From NCBI GenBank assembly GCA_943704425.1, contig CALSCP010001992.1, positions 1 to 39,168 of the forward strand: a stretch of DNA of 39,168 nucleotides, in the 5' to 3' direction. The DNA is from Ministeria vibrans ATCC 50519 (Eukaryota; Protista; Filasterea). How positions within the stretch are numbered: the first letter of the stretch is position 1; the number at the start of each line of letters is the position of its first letter. The translations under genes were made by a program, and so were the position numbers. The notes under the pieces were generated by a model. That model searched no databases. It saw nothing but the letters and a program-made list of their open reading frames with translations, and was not told the origin of the DNA. Of this stretch, positions 36,887 through 39,168 are shown piece after piece.

Positions 36887-37416
36887 ATGGCAGGTACTGT
36901 GGATGAGACGGAGTGGCATGCCGGCCCGTCACGCAAGGAGCGCTACACAAAAGGAACTAGTCCGGACGTGGAAGCCACCCCTCGAGCCCTGCTCAGCGAT
37001 GTGCAGCTGTCCACTGGCCGAACATGGCAGAAGGATACGTTTGACTCTTTCGCTGCTCGATCGGCTCCCGGGATGACCATTGTTGAGTGGTCACGAATGG
37101 GATTGTGGCGTAAGAACCGGATAAGAACCTCTACGGATTTCTGCTGGCTCTCAGTCTCCGGTTGCCCGACGTCTATGTCTCCGCCTGGATGAGCGATACT
37201 GTATCTGGCCAAACCTTTTGCTTTGTTGCTCTGCAGCTTGGGGACAGCCGGCGTTGGAACGCAGAAGGTTCTGGCAGTTCTCGAGGCGAGGCTCGACAAG
37301 CTGTTGCTGCCGATGTCATTCAGGCTGCTGGCCTTTTGATTGGATTGTCAAGCACCACAACGACACCTATTGTGCGGATTATTTGTCGTGCTGAGAATAA
37401 CACACTCAGCACATAG
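36887..37416 (+). pseudogene. Frameshifted gene with a C-terminal dsRNA-binding-motif-like domain
   Basis: ORFs 36887-37192 and 37162-37416 join into one 172-aa frame if 11 nt at 37119-37129 are removed. The joined part reads KNLYGFLLALSLR...TFCFVALQLG...AEGSGSSRGEARQAVAADVI, resembling the dsRBM pattern KNP...L.E...F...V.V.G...G.GSSKKEAEQ.AA. Confidence 0.45.
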
Positions 37417-37791
37417 AGAGAAAGAGTAAGAGAGAGAATGAGAGGAGAATGATAAACAATAAAAGCGAGGGTGATTTATTCGGAGTTTATTAGCACGTCG
37501 TTAAAACAAAAAAAAAAATGCATTCTTGATGTCAATAATCGTCATCGGCCCGAGTACAAGAATGTCTTTCTGTTACAAATTACAAAGAACGACCTAATTA
37601 CGTCCTCAGACCTCAACGAGTAGATCAATTTCTTCTCTTCTCTTTCCCAAGAACTCTGGCGAACGTTTTCTACGCAACGATTTAAACGAAAGCACAACAT
37701 GAGCGAAAGTGGGAAAGTGGGAAACAAGCTGTCAGTGGAGGCCAAATTTGTTCTTATAATGTGGGCCCTGACTGCACTGGCAACCGACAAA

Positions 37792-38488
37792 ATGACGGAG
37801 CACTGTGCAGAGCCACCAGCCTGTCTCCCAAATCGCCAAGATGGCTGTCGACTGGCTCGCTTTGATGGTTTGTGGGGTGCGTCCAACACCGGTACACCGG
37901 TGATTACGTCTTCTTCAAGCCGATGCCCGACACCTCCACAGAGATTGAGGCCTACTTCCTCCTCCACGGCAAGAACCGTTTCGTTAGCATCGTTGTCGAC
38001 TTCCGTGTCTCTAAGACTGATCTGCGCGCCTGCCTCAAGCTCGCACATATCCCCCCAAACAGCGCTCAGTGCGTGACTGGACGTACAGCAACACCCTGAG
38101 CAGCATCACATACTCCCTCTACACCTCAAACTCTTTCAAAGCACCCCAACTCTTTGTGTTGATCGCCCGCTGCACACGCGGCGCCCTTTCACACGCCATC
38201 AAGTGCGTCACAAACGAGTACAGCCCCAATTTCCTGCTCGCGTTTGTTCCCTTTGCCGTTCTTGATGCCACCGACAACAGCGTTCGCTTCTCAAAGACAT
38301 TTGTGCCGTCGCCTGGCTCCGAGTACACCATGCCACCAACCCTCTCCAATCGCTGTCAACAGGCCCGCCAGAAGGCTGAAGAGGACATGCCGGATCTCGA
38401 CCCCAGCTTCGCCTCGGAGATCGAATTGATTGATGTGTTTCAGACGCACCCCGACCCACAGAGTTCCATTACCGAGCTACATGCCAAT
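37792..38488 (+). pseudogene. Unknown gene split over three frames and interrupted at the telomeric repeat
   Basis: Protein-like, C-ending-codon segments in successive -1 frames, shifting near GGGG (~37874) and CCCCCC (38051-38056). The last frame is open from 38021 up to and through the TTAGGG tract. No family recognised. Confidence 0.4.
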
Positions 38489-38510
38489 GGGTTAGGGTTA
38501 GGGTTAGGGT
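38489..38510 (+). repeat. Interstitial telomeric repeat (GGGTTA)3GGGT
   Basis: Perfect 22-nt GGGTTAGGGTTAGGGTTAGGGT, with the G-rich strand pointing toward the right end of the window. Confidence 0.9.
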
Positions 38511-39168
38511 ACAGTAAATTGGCTCACAGGGCAATTGCCAAGGTCCTTCAAGTGGATCTCAGTCCTGTGGTGGTGATTGGTGAGGATGACGTGGTACGCT
38601 CGTCCAAGCCGAGCCGGTTGGTGGACATACACCGCATCGGTTGGCATGTTGACGACGAGAGCGGGCGTCTACAGTCCAGACCACGTGGGGAACGGCTACT
38701 AGCGCACCGGATGGCACCAGAATGGGCAGGACTTCCGTCAGAATGTGCTGTGATCCGGCTTGAACGTGGAAGAAACAATGACGCGCATGGGCTTGAGGCT
38801 GACAATGGTGCCGGTGTGCTCCTGATGGCGACGGACGCGTCGTTTGATTTGAGCGGGCGTATGGCCACAGCGGGGGTGCTGGTGCCTCGCCAGCAACGGA
38901 TGTTGGTGCCCGAGGTGTTTCACAATCGTGCGTGGGGTGCCAGTCGGTGGAGCGTGCGTGATGGTGCAGTGGAGGGGGTAATGGAGATTCCCTTTGAGGT
39001 CTCTAGCTCATATGTGGGTGAAGTGGTGGCTATTGTAATGGCGCTGTGGGCTGTGGCGAGAGACTGTAGCGTGCGCATCTGGACCGACAATGTCGCTGCT
39101 CGGGACACGGTGAACGAATTATGCAAGGCGGTTGATGAGATGGGGCAGATGCGTCGTGATGGAGTGGT
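38511..39168 (+). mobile_element. Retrotransposon fragment, probably 5'-truncated non-LTR, encoding an RNase H domain; open to the window end
   Basis: Stop-free frame from 38510 to the end, absent from the ORF track. It reads ...LLMATDASFD...SSSYVGEVVAIVMALWAV...VRIWTDNVAARDTV..., the RNase H catalytic D/E/D pattern. Composition switches abruptly to G-rich at the repeat. Confidence 0.75.

Noticed and set aside
38820-39100. DIRS or gypsy assignment of the RNase H
   Set aside because: Lacks the DIRS TDAS..GWG/HIN.LE and gypsy TDH patterns, and no RT lies immediately upstream. Non-LTR is preferred, but the class remains unproven.

Overview
Eukaryotic genomic DNA from a compact, intron-rich genome using the standard code, with GT-AG introns, (CT)n/(CA)n microsatellites and three 10-N scaffold gaps. 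It is probably a flagellated protist, since rotatin is present and there is a TTAGGG repeat. I assembled spliced models by hand for nine genes: a Pro-rich hypothetical protein (-), a CTD small phosphatase of the CTDSPL2/SCP4 type (+), a TTC17-like TPR protein (+), GOT1/GOLT1 (-), a GT10 alpha-1,3-fucosyltransferase (+), RNA polymerase III largest subunit RPC1 (-, with one GC-AG intron), a CYP7-like P450 (+), rotatin (-), and a ~3,600-aa single-pass receptor (+; Sushi array, EGF, IPT, REJ, GPS-like, TM, FxNPxF tail). Eight of the nine form head-to-head pairs, and three of the four shared gaps contain AATCTGATC. After ~35.7 kb the sequence becomes a subtelomere-like zone of gene relics, including a dsRBM-like gene broken by what looks like a hAT excision footprint. 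It ends with an internal (GGGTTA)3GGGT tract joined in frame to a retroelement-type RNase H ORF that runs off the window and is missing from the ORF track. This telomere-repeat/retroelement junction is the best candidate for an undescribed system. All homology calls come from motif recognition; no searches were run.
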